Numbered from the whole stretch's first letter, positions 12,443 through 25,265 are shown. The stretch: DNA of 62,423 bases, filler included, from Basidiobolus ranarum (GCA_040143965.1; 20 parts of 20 records of this genome joined end to end with filler, not necessarily neighbours in it), one strand, 5' to 3'. Made by a program: numbers and translations. The notes: a model not told the origin generated them from the letters alone.

Positions 12443-12542
12443 NNNNNNNNNNNNNNNNNNNNNNNNNNNNNNNNNNNNNNNNNNNNTTAATTAATTAANN
12501 NNNNNNNNNNNNNNNNNNNNNNNNNNNNNNNNNNNNNNNNNN

Positions 12543-13769
12543 TGGAATCCAAATTAAGATAGATATAACTACCAAGACACTAGCTTTAAACCTGTCTAAT
12601 TATATTGTAGATATACTAAAGAAGTTTAATACAGAAGAATGTAATCCAGTATCTACCACAATGGAAACAAATCTTAACTTGACAAAAAATGGCTCAAATC
12701 AGATGTTTTTGGATTCAAATGAAAGCCAAATATTTCCTTAGCAATTAATGGTTGGTAGTTTGAAGAATATGATGGTTGGAATATGACCAGATCTTGCATA
12801 TTCTGTGGGAGTTATGTGCAAATATCTTCAAAGTGATGGATATGATCAGATCATAGCAGTAAAGTGGATTTTCAGATATTTGAAAGGTACTGTGGATCTA
12901 TGGTTAAAATACATATATTCTGGATCAAACTTTGATCTGACAAGATATTCAGATGCAAATTGGGGAAGAGAAATTTAAGACAGGACATCTACAACTGGAT
13001 ACTTATTTCTTTGCTGTAATTGAGCTATTTGTTGGAATTTAAAGAAACCACCTACTGTAGCACTTTCAACAACAGAAGCTGAATACATGGCTGCCTGTGG
13101 AGCAGCAAAAGAAGCAATATGGTTAAGAAAACTCTTAACAGATTTGGTTTACTCTCAAATTTCACCAGCAACAATATTTCAAGATAATCAAAGTTGTATC
13201 TAATTAGCTAAAAATTCCATGTTTCATAATAGAAGCAAACATATAGATATTAGACATTACTTCAATAGAGAGGTTAGAGAGAATAAGTTTATTGACTTAA
13301 CTTATTGTTCTACAGAAGATGTGATAGCTAATATATTGACCAAACCATTAGCCAGACAGAAATTTGACAAATTTGGACCTTTATTAGGATTAGTTTATAT
13401 GACTATATAGTTGAGGGAGAGTGTTGAAATTGGCTTTGCCTAAACACCCATAAAGTCAAATATAGCTTAATACTTAGCTATCTTGTAATTGACTAAGATA
13501 TTATCCATTATTCTCAGTTGGAATTTACTTGGAATATTTTTACCAACTTAGAAGTTCTCTGTTATATTATTTTTTTAAACTTGTGCTAGAAGCCCCTAAC
13601 TTTGTACATATGTTCCTGGGACCTTCCTTAACATATTCTAGACATTTATTTGTTTACACCTTGACAAAACTATAAATGTTAACTTTCTACTCAATAAATC
13701 AACAAGTGAAAACCATCACTTCTTCTAATTCTCCAAACCACTTCCAACAGGCTCCTAAATACTTTAACA
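12543..13769 (+). mobile_element. Copia family A 3' end: RT/RNase H, PPT and 3' LTR (13422-13769)
   Basis: YSDANW, VALSTTEAEYMA, RSKHIDIRHY and ANILTKPL motifs. PPT GAGGGAGAG lies immediately before TGTTG. Confidence 0.93.
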
Positions 13770-14068
13770 GTGGCAAGTTTAAGTGTCAGGGTGTTGGGGA
13801 CTATAAGGAACAATTCAAAGAGGGATGATATAAGGATGAGCAGGGGACCTTCCATGGAAGATCTTGGCAGAAATACATCATGTGTGGTATGATTTGATTG
13901 GTTTGGTTTAAGGAATGTTCCAAGGAACATGAATTCCATATAAGGTAACCTCTATGAATTAACACAAGATTGCCAAGACAGGATGGCACAGCAGATATGA
14001 TGACATAGTCTAATAATAGAAAAGTTTTATTTGCAGTATATCAGTGTGCCAAGATTGGAATCATGACA
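13770..14068 (-). repeat. Partial LTR family E (TGTCA..TGACA type, probably gypsy)
   Basis: Homologous to 31600-32045, 57704-58203 and 62140-62423; ends CATGACA at 14068. Confidence 0.65.
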
Positions 14069-14074
14069 ATTACA

Positions 14075-14708
14075 GGCAATGTTCCAAACATATTACAAAT
14101 TAAACTACTAACCATGGACTGATAAGGAAATTTCTGACTTTGATTTGAATCTAACAACATCTAATTTGAACCAATTTTGGTCAAGTTAAGATTTGTCTTC
14201 ATTGGGGTAGATACTAATCAGCCGCATTTGCTTCTCTACAAGGTCTCTGAGTCATTGTTTGCTATAATAAGGTCTTCTACATATAAGGCTAATAAAATTG
14301 GGCTTGTCTTACCAGGCCTGAAGTAGATACTATAGTCAGCATTACTCTTTTAGAATTAGGGTGCTTCCAAAAAAGCATCTATCTTGCTATTCCAAGCTCT
14401 CAGAGATTGTTTAAGCCATAGAGTGTTTTCCAGAGTCTACAAACCTTTTCAGGGTTTTCTGGGTCTGCAAATACATCTGGCAGGCTCATATAGATTTCCT
14501 TGGTAAGCTCCCCATTCAAAAATGCAGCTTTAAGATCCATTTGATGTATAATAATCAGATACTTGCTGATATTGCTAAAATCAATCTAAGTTAATTAAAT
14601 TTGCTACAGGAGCAAATATTTGGGTGTTATCTATTCCTAGTGTTTGGGATTATCCTTCAACTACTTGTCTAGCCATGCACCTTTCTATGCTGCCATCAGA
14701 GTTGTACT
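14075..14708 (-). mobile_element. Degenerate copia RT fragment
   Basis: Minus-strand IHQMDLKAAFLNGEL and LYGLKQS motifs. Confidence 0.8.
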
Positions 14709-15576
14709 TGTTGAAATTAACATTGCCTAAACATCTATATAGTCACATATAGCTTAGTACATAGATATCATATAGTTCACTAAGATAGTTTTCATTATTC
14801 TCAATTGGATTTTACTTGGAATATTTTAACCTATTTATAAGTTCTCAGTGATACAGATTTTTCAAACTTGTGCTAGAAGCCCCAAACTTTGCATGCATGC
14901 TCCTAGGACCTTCCTTAATACATTCTGCATAGTAGTTTGTTTACATCTTGACATTACTATAAATATTGACTTTCTACTCAATAAATCAACCAGGGAAAAC
15001 TGTCCATACCTCTAATTATCCAAATCACTTCCAACAGGCTCCCTAATACTTTCACAGGTTTTGAGCCCCAAGCTTGTACTCACTGTAATGTCTACTTTTC
15101 AGATCTATTGAGTTTTTGCCTCTTCTGAAAAATTGAATGGAACTAATTAACAAGTTGGGAAAATTAAAATAAAGATGCTGCTGCAAGAAAAAGGACTTTG
15201 TGACCCTGCTACAGGAGAAAAGACAATGCAAAATTATCTGAAACCAAAGTTTACTATAGGCAAAACAAGCCAGGCAACAGTTGAAGAGCTCTGGTTTAAT
15301 CAAATCTATCAAAAAATTGAATCTAATACATTCAGATCTGTGTGGGCCTAAACAAAGTTTATCTTTAGGTGGAAAAATGTATATAATCACATTTAATAAT
15401 GATTATACAAGATTCACTTGGGTCTACTTTATGGAAAGAAAAGAAGTAGCTCTCTCTACTTTTAGAGACTTTAAAACACTTGTGCAGACTGAAACTGGAA
15501 CTAAAATCAAGAAAATACATACTGATTATGGTTGATAACATGTTTCAACCCTATTTTAGAACTTTTGCAGAGCTCA
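14709..15576 (+). mobile_element. Copia family A 5' end: LTR (14709-15056), PBS, gag start fused to integrase
   Basis: LTR followed by GGTTTTGAGCCC, gag-like KIKMLLQEKGL, then LIHSDLCGP...DYTRFTWVYF...IKKIHTDYG. Confidence 0.88.
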
Positions 15577-15676
15577 NNNNNNNNNNNNNNNNNNNNNNNN
15601 NNNNNNNNNNNNNNNNNNNNTTAATTAATTAANNNNNNNNNNNNNNNNNNNNNNNNNNNNNNNNNNNNNNNNNNNN

Positions 15677-16104
15677 ATTGGTTCTATCCAATTTTCAGAA
15701 TGAGGAAAATATCCATAAATTTGAGAAGTAGAACTTACAGATAATGCAAGCTTTGGGCTCATAACCTGTGAAAGTAGTTGGGAGCCAGTTGGAAATGGTT
15801 TAGAGAATTAGAGGAAATGGTGGTTTCACTTATTGATTTATTGAGCATAAAGTTGAAATTTATAGTTTTGTAAAGATGAAAGCAAAGTAACTTTCAGAAT
15901 GTGTTAAGAAAGGTCCCAGGAACATGTGTGCAAAGTTTGGAGCTTCTTTAAGAAATCTAGTGATCTGAGAACTTATCAGTGGGTGTAAATATTCTAATTA
16001 AATTCCAATTGAGAATAATAGATAATATCTTAGTGAATTATAAGAGAACTAAGTACTAAGCTATATATGACTATATAGGTGTTTAGGCAATGCTAATTTT
16101 AACA
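15677..16104 (-). mobile_element. Copia family A 5' LTR (15767-16104) with PBS, reverse
   Basis: GGGCTCATAACC at 15755-15766 (GGTTATGAGCCC on the minus strand) abuts the LTR end. Confidence 0.88.
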
Positions 16105-17432
16105 CCACTATGGTTGCGGAAACAACAGTCATCAAACACAAGCCACAAGATAATCAACTTGCTCCAACAAATACCACTATATGACTGTGGCCACAGTCAG
16201 TCAAAGAGATGAAGCCTCTACCATGGTTGAAGAATCAATAAATATGGAGCACAAATCTTAAGAAAGATGTCACAGGTTAATATCTAGATCTGTGCACCAG
16301 CAGCAATGGCTGGTTGACATAAGCAGTTAAGGTTACACATCTGGAGTAGAGACTGTCAATATAATTAAGCTGCAAACTTGGCCAGATGGGCCTGCGCATA
16401 CTACATAATATCTACCTCAAACCACAACTCATGCCAGCCAAAGAAGAGGAACTTCAGCAGGTTCAAGCCAATCAGCCCAGTGTAGAGGTTAAAGCAAAGT
16501 TCCTTCCATAGAAATATCAAGGAGACAAGAAAAATAACAGAAGCAAATCAGCATGTATTGCTTTAAACCAGTGCAACTGCTCAAAGCTCTTACTACCATT
16601 TATATTATCCTGTTGTTACTGTTCTGCACAACATTTGTAATCACAATGCATGGCTTTTAAATATGTCATAAATTGCTATAGCTCAATCATGATCCTGTAT
16701 TTCTTTATGAAAAACTGATTGCGAAAATGCTCATATATCAAAAATGCAATGATATACCTCTAATTACAGCTTTTCACTACAAATAAATGTAAATTAACTA
16801 TCAATAAAATGCTTGTGTAGCCATATTTGCTTGATATAGCTCAACCCATTGATATTGGCACCCAATTAGAAGCTCAAACAATTGAATGCATAACTTGCTG
16901 ATCTCAAAATCATGCATCAAGCTATCCTGATTAGGACATTCCAACTGCAGATCAATTCATTGCATAGTTGTGCAATTTGCCACTGTTATCTCAAATATAC
17001 TAGTGCTTCATAATGCAGACACCATTTGAGCCCAATTGAAGATCAGGATAGTGTATGATTGGGGGAAAATAGATTGGGCTAAGAACATGCAAATATTATG
17101 GTTATATATTTGATTGGGTAAGTTAGAGTATAACATGTTTAGTGATACACATTCAATAATTGTAACTTACCAACTAGGGGATGAACTTGCATTGTCTGTT
17201 ATCAAAAATCTTAATTTGGCAAAACTCAATTGAGCAACTTGGTACCAGCTGGCACAATAATTTCAAAAATATCATCATCACAGATTGTGGTGTGATGATG
17301 CCATATTGCTGCTTTTAGTATCTTAGTACATGTTATAGGACTTGGCCATGGTAATAGACAGATTGAGCCAGATAGTGTGTTTGCAGGATGGATACAGCAA
17401 CTCAATCTGAACTGGTCTAATAGAACAAGTTT
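16105..17432 (-). mobile_element. Diverged long member of the GACTTGTTCC-TIR family
   Basis: Reverse complement of ~16500-17432 aligns with 20907-21841. Ends AGAACAAGTTT followed by ACT. The left boundary is uncertain. Confidence 0.7.
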
Positions 17433-17529
17433 ACTTGCATGTTCATATAGCAATCTTCATCTCTCACTCATAAAAAATCCTGATCTTCTCTTAGGCCCAA
17501 TGGTTCCTGTAATATAAAGCACCAGTAGT

Positions 17530-17790
17530 GGTAGCATAGTAGTAGCAAATTACAGCACTCTGCAGTGTATTGATATACAGTAGGACTACCCCATGGCTAA
17601 AACAATAATACTGGGTATCTCAATCTGTCTCACCATGAACTCTGTCTTGCAGCTATCCTTTAAATGCCATCTTACTATTACACAAACAAAATAGCCCATA
17701 TTATGGAGATACTTATCTGTTTCCATGGATTGGGTTTTGTTACTGCTATTGTGTGCCAACTATGATAAACTCATGGGCCCATTAAAAAGC
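17530..17790 (-). mobile_element. Degenerate CACTA transposase C-terminal fragment
   Basis: Reverse homology to ~20345-20600 (cccatggctaaaacaataatactg; ccatggattggg). Confidence 0.65.
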
Positions 17791-17890
17791 GCAAATTTAG
17801 ACCTTTATTAGAGTTAGTTTATATGACTATTTGGTTGAGGGAGAGTGTTGAAATTAGCATTGCCTAATCACCTATATAGTCATATATATA

Positions 17891-18709
17891 TGATTTTGCA
17901 CATGTTGGCTGACTACTCCCACTGCAAAAGAGATATCTGGTCAGGTTCCAGTCATAGCATAGATCAAACTACCTACCATAGATTGATAAGGGAACTCAGG
18001 GCTTTCAAATGACATATTTTGAGCCATATTTGGCCAATTTTCATCATTTTGGATGGGATTTTTGACTAGTTTCACACCTGGATCCATGGGAGTTGCTACT
18101 GGCTTGCAATTCTCCATCCTGTAATGTCTGAGAATGTCTGAGATGTATTTAGATTGATTCAGAGTAATAGATTTACTCAATATATCTGTATGGATCTGCA
18201 GACCTAAAAAATATGTAAGTTCACCTAAATCAGTCATCTTGAATTGGACTGATAGATCTCTTTTGGTGTTCCTGAGAGCTTCATCATTATTGGTAGCTAT
18301 AATCAGATCATCTACATATAAGGCAAGTATCACCTTACTGTCCTTATCTGTCTTAAAGTAGATCCCAAAATCTGCCATACTCTTTTGGAAATCAAGTGAT
18401 TCCAAGTATGAGTCTATCTTAGTGTACCAGGCCCTGGGTGATTGTTTAAGTCCATATAGTGATTTTTGTAGCTTGCACACATCCTCAGGGTGCTCAGGAT
18501 CCACAAAACCATCTGGTTGATCCATAAATATATCCTGTTCCAAGTCCCCCTTCAAAAAATCAGTTTTAACATCCATTTGATGGATTTTTAAGCTGTGATT
18601 TGCTGCTACTGCTAGTATGGTTCTGATGGAATTAAACTTTGCTACAGGAGCAAAAGTTTCATTGTAGTCCACTCCTTCCATTTGAGAGTATCCTTTAGCC
18701 ACAAGTCTG
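17891..18709 (-). mobile_element. Copia reverse transcriptase (best-preserved RT here)
   Basis: 253-aa ORF with GVDYNETFAPVA, HQMDVKT, SLYGLKQSPRAW and LYVDDL. Ends at a TGA replacing the Arg of TRPD. A truncated LTR A start with PPT lies at 17837-17890. Confidence 0.95.
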
Positions 18710-18809
18710 NNNNNNNNNNNNNNNNNNNNNNNNNNNNNNNNNNNNNNNNNNNNTTAATTAATTAANNNNNNNNNNNNNNNNNNNNNNNNNNNNNNNNNNN
18801 NNNNNNNNN

Positions 18810-20906
18810 CAATTGCATGATTTATAATCCTTCAGTAATTAAACTACCTTCATGTCCAAATGGTTGGTTGGCTTTCACCAGTGATCTGAAAAACCTGCAG
18901 TCATATACTGCTTGCACACAATTAGCAATCACTGAATTGGGTAAATATTGTTCATATTTGGCTTACATACCATTGATTCCCTGTCTTAAAGTTTTGATTA
19001 AATCACCCAAATATAGTTCATTAATCCAATACCAAAGTACTCACCATAAAGCTGATGGTATTACCAATATACTTGATGGATATGGCAACCAGAATCCGAA
19101 AAGTCAAGGTTTCTTTGAGAACACATATGATCATTCATTTGCATTGGCTCTGAATGGTTTCTCACTAAACAAATATACCATTGGAAAGGCTTGCTGGCCA
19201 ATAATTTTAATCAACTTAAATCTTCCTCCTTCTGAACAGTATAAGAGTTATAATATTTTAATACTATCCATCATATCTGGATCTAAATCACCAGTGCCTA
19301 TAGAGACCTTCTTGGAGCCTTTGATTGTGGAATTTGAACAGTTATCTAATGGGGTTCAGATGAGTGAATATTTTATTAAAGCTAATATCATTGTATGTAT
19401 TGGTGACACTCCTGCCATCAGCAAGCTTAGAGGATTTTGCAGGCACAATGCACTATCTTGCTGTAGATTTTGTCAAATCAATGGAGTTTACTCTATCAGG
19501 CACATGCATTATAACTATCCAAATACAACACTAAACTCCATGATTTTATTGTCAAGAGCCCGGTCAGATTTCAACATGATCACTGATATCAATTCACCAA
19601 ATAGTCAGTCCAACATCAAACTTGGTAATAGCCATAAGCCCTAGACTATATTACTCAAGGGGATCAGCCGGAGCCAGAGCTTCCCATTAGGCACTATGCA
19701 CTTACTATTCAACAACATTCTGATACTACTTACTCAGCTATATAGTGGAAATTCAACATGAAGGAGCCATTTGAGATAGGATCAAAGTTTGAATCTATTG
19801 GGAGAATGCTTGAAAACATCAAGATACCATCATATTTGACCAGGACTCCCATCAATACCCACTCATCTAGGCATTTATTCAAATGCAAAGACTGGAAGTA
19901 TTGGATTTGTATATATTCAAGTGGAATCTTGAAACAATTTCTGCCTGATAAGTATTGACAACATTGGGAGTTGTTTGTTGATATTGTTAATATATTCTTA
20001 TGGCATCAACTCACATTGGCAGATCTCAGGCAGATACAGCAACTGTGCAAAGACTTTGTATTTGGATATGAAAAACTATATTACAGGTTTAAAGAAGATA
20101 GACTGAATCTATGCTGGTATTCAATACAATCTCTACTACATCTATCACAATTCTTAGAGATTATAGGCCCTTGTTATACATTCTGGGAGTTCCCAATGGA
20201 GTGCACCTGCAGTGATATGATGCTCTGTATGAAATTGTCAGTATTACCATATGCTAATCAGATTAACAATGTATCAGCAAAATCAGTGATGGATGCAATG
20301 CAATGGGTAAAGCAGATTCCAGAATATATTAACCTGCTAACAAAGGGCTTGTTTCAGTGTGCTCACGGGTTTTTGCATTGTTTGAGCACAATAACAGCAA
20401 CAAAGCCCAATCCATGGACAGAGTAGGTACATCTATAATTGGACTGATTTGCTTGTGTGAAAATCTGACAGTATTTTTAGGAAAGCTGCAAGACAGACTT
20501 CTTGGTGAGATAGATCAAGATATGCAGTATTATTCTTTTAGCCATGGGGTAATCTATTCCAGCAATGACACATCTACTGGTGGCAGGACATTTGTTGACT
20601 GCAAGTTGGGGATATATTGGCTGAATTCTTTATGGAAATTTTCCAAAATCCAAGAGCTTATTCTCATTGTGAATGGTAACAAGAGTCAGCTATTTGCCAA
20701 GTGTCAGTGCTAATCAAAATTTCAGATGTTTAGCAATTTTTCCACCATTCGTTTGCTGGTAAAGAATATTGATGTGGTAGAGTTATGTCTAATTGGTCAA
20801 GTATGTTCATATGTATAGACTAAACACAACAAGATTCTTGTATTTTTTGATTCTCATTATGGATGGAATACAAAGCCTACAATATCTCAATAAAGGCATG
20901 TGTATT
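18810..20906 (+). mobile_element. CACTA/EnSpm Tnp2-type transposase pseudogene
   Basis: CPNG.LAF, YIPLIP, CWPIILINLNLPP, ETFLEPL, GDTPAISKL.GF..HNA..CCRFC, MHLLFNNI and LLHL...GP....WEFPME motifs of the Transposase_21/DUF4218 region. Several stops and frameshifts. Confidence 0.92.
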
Positions 20907-21841
20907 AGACTTGTTCCATTGGGCCAGGTCAGATCATGCCACTCAATCCAGCCTGCTAGTACACCATCTGGTGCAATCTGTCAATTACCATGGCTGGGTC
21001 CTATAACACTAGATTGGACACTATAAGGAACAATATGGCACTATCCCATCACAATTGGACACAATGATTTTATTGGAGATATTGTGCCAGCAGGTACCAA
21101 GTTACCTGATTTAATATTGCCAAATTACAATTTTGGGTTACTGATAAAGTAAGTTCATCCCCTAGTTTGTAACTTATAAATTAATGAATGTATAAGAATA
21201 AACAATTTATACTGTAACTTACGCAATCAAATGTATAACCAAGAAATTCACATGTTTTTAGGCCAATTATTTGTCCCTCACTTACACAGTAACTTGATTT
21301 TCAATTGGGCACAGAGGCTCCTGCATTACAAAACACCAGTAGTTTTTACACACCTGTGACAAATCACAGCACTCAATGATGGTTGATCTGCAGTATGATA
21401 GTAGTGATCAGGATTGCTTGATTCATCATTTTTACATCAGCAAATTATTCATTCATTTGTGTAAGCTTCTAATTGGGTAAAAATGTGAACGGATTGAGCC
21501 ATATCAAGCCAATACAGCTGCGCAAGCTTTTTATTGACAGACAGTTGTCATTTGATTGTAGCAAAATTGCTTGCATTAATAGGCTATCATTGATTTTTTT
21601 GATATATGACAATTTCACACTATCACTGTTTCATAAACACATAAGCAATTGTGATCTAACTAAAGTGATTTATGCTATATTTAACTGCAATCCATATCAA
21701 TTTTGCATGATGTGCTAAACAATATAGATGGGATAATATAAGTATTAACAAGAGTATTCAGCAGTTGCCTAGGTTTGAAGCAGTACATGCTGATTTGCTT
21801 CTGTTACTTTTGTTGTCTCCTTGATATTTCCACAGAAGGAA
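20907..21841 (+). mobile_element. Long member of the GACTTGTTCC-TIR family inserted into the CACTA element
   Basis: Begins AGACTTGTTCCATTG after ATT. Very similar to 33435-34359 and shares its terminus with the MITE. Confidence 0.8.
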
Positions 21842-21941
21842 NNNNNNNNNNNNNNNNNNNNNNNNNNNNNNNNNNNNNNNNNNNNTTAATTAATTAANNN
21901 NNNNNNNNNNNNNNNNNNNNNNNNNNNNNNNNNNNNNNNNN

Positions 21942-22534
21942 AGTAAAAGTGCTTGAGGAGTATTTCAAAAACCATGAAGGAAAAAGTGCATTGCAAGTAT
22001 GAAGAAAGTGGCTTCAGAAGAATAACATTCAACTTGACATTCAGTCTGGTGTTGACTGTGCAGATATCTGGGAAGCACTTAATACAGAGTGGAACAATAT
22101 TGCAGGGTAATTGCCAGATAGCTGGAACAATGTTGATTCAGCAACATTAATGCAATGGTGTGCTTTGATGGTGATATTGACACAAACTCATGTTGTATAT
22201 GAGCTAAACCTTGGGTATGAAGAACTCTATAAAAATATTCAGGAGAATATATCAAAGAAACCAGGAATTTCAAAGGTGACAAATTTGGATTCAAATGGTA
22301 AATGTGCAACATTTGAGTTAAATTTTTGCACATGCATTGATCCATAGTTCTCTGATATTGTATTCAATCATGTGCAACTATTTTGCAAGATCTTGAAATT
22401 CTACTCCCGAAACTGAAAATATTGATTAAAATCAAATCTAACTTGACAATTTTATGATGGTAAATGATCAATCCCAAATGGATTAAAATTGTGACAAAAT
22501 TCCTACAATAACAATCCTCAAATATCGGTCAGGG
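21942..22534 (-). mobile_element. CACTA left end (reverse), with the ORF2 3' end on the + strand
   Basis: Ends GGTCAGGG at 22534. ORF2 C-terminus reads ...GKCATFELNFCTCIDP*. Confidence 0.8.
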
Positions 22535-23172
22535 TTTGTAATTTGCTCTGACCATGTATTGTTGCCATTGTTTAGATGCAGCTATAATTGCTAATAGTTC
22601 CAGGTCATAGATGTCATAGTTGATATCTGCTGCAGAGAGCTTTCTTGGGTACAAGGCAATAGGGTGCAGTAAAATGTCATCACCCTACTGTGGTTGTACT
22701 GCTCCTAGGGCAAAGTCAGATGCATCAGTTTCAACAATTAAATGGTTTGTTTAGTTTGGGATGTGCCAGGATTGATGCTTAAGGAAGTGCATTCTTTAAA
22801 GTTACAAATGCTTCTTGGCAAGAAAGATTCCAGCCAAATGGGGGTTCTTTCTAGATAAGGCTTGTTAATTGAGCCCATATTTTGCCAAAGCTTTTGACAA
22901 ACTGTCAGTAAAAATTTGCAGGCCCAAGGAAAGATTGCACAACCTGCACCTTTTTGTGAGTATCCCATGACAGAACAAATTCAACCTTCTGGGGGTCCAT
23001 GAAGATGCCTGATGGGCTAATTCTATATATATGGAATTCAACTTGAGCTTGGTCAAATTTAAATTTCTCAAGTCTAGTATAGAGACCACAGGTTTTTAAC
23101 TTTTCAAAGACTTGGGAATTATGAATGTTATGTTCTTCTTGTGAGTTTGAGAACAACAAGAAAGCACCAAGA
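22535..23172 (-). mobile_element. Ty3/gypsy RT-RNase H fragment
   Basis: VQSFLGPANFY, ETDASDFALGAV and NYDIYDLELLAII; same family as 42765-43420. Confidence 0.88.
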
Positions 23173-24972
23173 CCCTAACAGAAATTTGAGGCTTGATATT
23201 GTCAGAAAACCATCTCAATTTTAATCCATTTTGGATTGACTTTACTTACCATCATAAAATTGCAAGTAAGATTTGATTTTGATCACCTTTTTCAGTTTCA
23301 AAGGTGAAATTTCAAGATTGTGCAAAATATTTGCTCATAATTGGCTACAATCTCAGAGAACTATGGATCAACACATGTGTAAAAATAACTCATATTTTAC
23401 ACATTGACCACTTAAATGCCAATTTGTCACCTTTGAAATCCCTAGTTTCTTTGATATGTTCTCCTGAATATTCATGTAGAGTTCTACATACCCAAGGTTT
23501 AGCTCATATCCAACATGAGTTTGTTTCATTATCTTCATCAAACCCCACCATTATTTTAACATTGCTAAGTCAATATTTTTGTGGCTATCTGGCAGACACC
23601 TTCCAATGTTGTGCCACTCTGTATTAACTTGTTCCCAGATATTTGCATGGTTAACACCATACCAAGTGTGAAGTTGAATGTTCTTCTTTTGCATTTTTCC
23701 CTTGTTCTTTTGAAATCACTGCTCAAGCACTTTTACATTTTATATGACCTTGTAGTGTTACAATACTGAGTGTGCTTTGCAGTGTTTGTTCAGCTTTTTG
23801 CTTGCCTTTACATTTGGGGCTAATTTCAACTTTTTACAAAGTACCAGTTGATGTTGGAGAGCTGTGAGTTTTATTTGCTGGTGTTTTGGCTTGTTGAGAG
23901 ATACCAGGTGTTGGATAAACTTCCAAATTTAGTCATCTTCCAAATGTTGTACCTGGATACATGGTGAAGTTAAACTTTTTCCCAGTGTATCTGCTGGTAA
24001 ATCTGACTCTGGAAATACAGAACTTTTTAATGATATGAGGAAATTGGTGAGTGGGAAATTAGATCCTGCACTCACTAGCTCCTTTGCTTTTCCCTTGGGT
24101 TCACTAACTTCCTGCTCCTTGAGTACTTCTTTAGCAGCTTTTCTTTCTCTTCCAAATTAATATTTGCATGTATTTATGAGATTTGATATGAACAGGCCTG
24201 TACCAGCCTACTTGCTATTTGCTTAAAAGAACCCAGGATAAGCCACATGTGATAAGTGGAGAATCTGCAGAGTAACAACTGAATTTTGTTTTTCCACAAT
24301 TGGCTCAAATCAAGGTGATTTTAGGCAAGATTCCAAACAGTTTGAAAATATTAAATCACTCATCATCAGAGCAAGTGATGGCAGACCTGACATTGAGAGT
24401 CTTTTGGTTTGCTGGTTTTATTATGTGATTTCTATTTTTATGTGCCCAATCAATTGTTGGTTATTGTGTAGGCTTAATGTTACTACACAGTTTCAGCCCT
24501 GCTAGATTTTCATAGTCACATTCATAAGTTTGGTGTGGCATTGATTGAAATCCTGTATGAGAATTGACAGAGGAATCAGCATGTTGCTGTAACTCAAGTA
24601 GAGCATTCTGAAGGTCTTGTATCATTGTTGAGTAACTCTCTAACTGTTGACTAGTTGCTAAGGAATGCTGCATTAATTCCAATATCATGGAGTTATTGCT
24701 TGCCATAGCCTGTATAGCAACTTTGTAGTTTGCACTTATGAATGCATACAAGTTACTATGGTGTTCTGCCTGGGATTTCTTTGTTGTAATAATTATATCC
24801 AAGTTTTCTACCAAGGTATGTTCAATAGTTGGCAGAGTAGGCATTTTTGAAGTTCATTGTCGGAATAAGGGTAAAGTGTTTTGGTTGAACTTTGCTCAAC
24901 TATTGATTTACTATGTAATTGGGGGATTACAATCTCTTCACGTGCAGTATTGCAGGAAAGGAACACATCTGG
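23173..24972 (+). mobile_element. CACTA left end with longest stretch of minus-strand ORF2
   Basis: Starts CCCTAACAGAAAT. Broken minus-strand frames include 24461-24844 (heptad-like) and a Lys-rich segment. Confidence 0.8.
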
Positions 24973-25073
24973 NNNNNNNNNNNNNNNNNNNNNNNNNNNN
25001 NNNNNNNNNNNNNNNNTTAATTAATTAANNNNNNNNNNNNNNNNNNNNNNNNNNNNNNNNNNNNNNNNNNNNG

Positions 25074-25265
25074 TCGTCCGATAGCGAGTTTATAAATTTT
25101 GATGGTGTAACTGAATATCCTTGGCGTAGTCCAACCTCATCTGTTACGATGCTGGATACAAAACATCAAGTGACACTTACAGTATCACGCCCCACCTCTC
25201 ATCTACCACCTCAACCGCCGGTACCTCGGGGAAAACCACCGCAGCCACCGAACTGTATATATTAA
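25074..25265 (+). CDS. Probable 3' end of a host gene with a proline-rich tail (partial)
   Basis: Frame is open from the contig edge to TAA (...HLPPQPPVPRGKPPQPPNCIY*). CpG content is normal and it converges on EB1. Confidence 0.4.
   Translation, partial: SSDSEFINFDGVTEYPWRSPTSSVTMLDTKHQVTLTVSRPTSHLPPQPPVPRGKPPQPPNCIY

Noticed and set aside
15750..15772. tRNA-Met gene (GGGCTCATAACC)
   Set aside because: Only 12 nt with no cloverleaf; it abuts an LTR and is the primer-binding site.
20907..21841. Classical CpA-to-TpA RIP
   Set aside because: Copy differences I could inspect trace to CpG, and CA/TG dinucleotides are abundant rather than depleted; this was not formally counted.
22320..22400. 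SWIM zinc finger (MULE-like) at CTCIDP..NH in ORF2
   Set aside because: A TAG follows CTCIDP in all four copies and the third Cys is absent.
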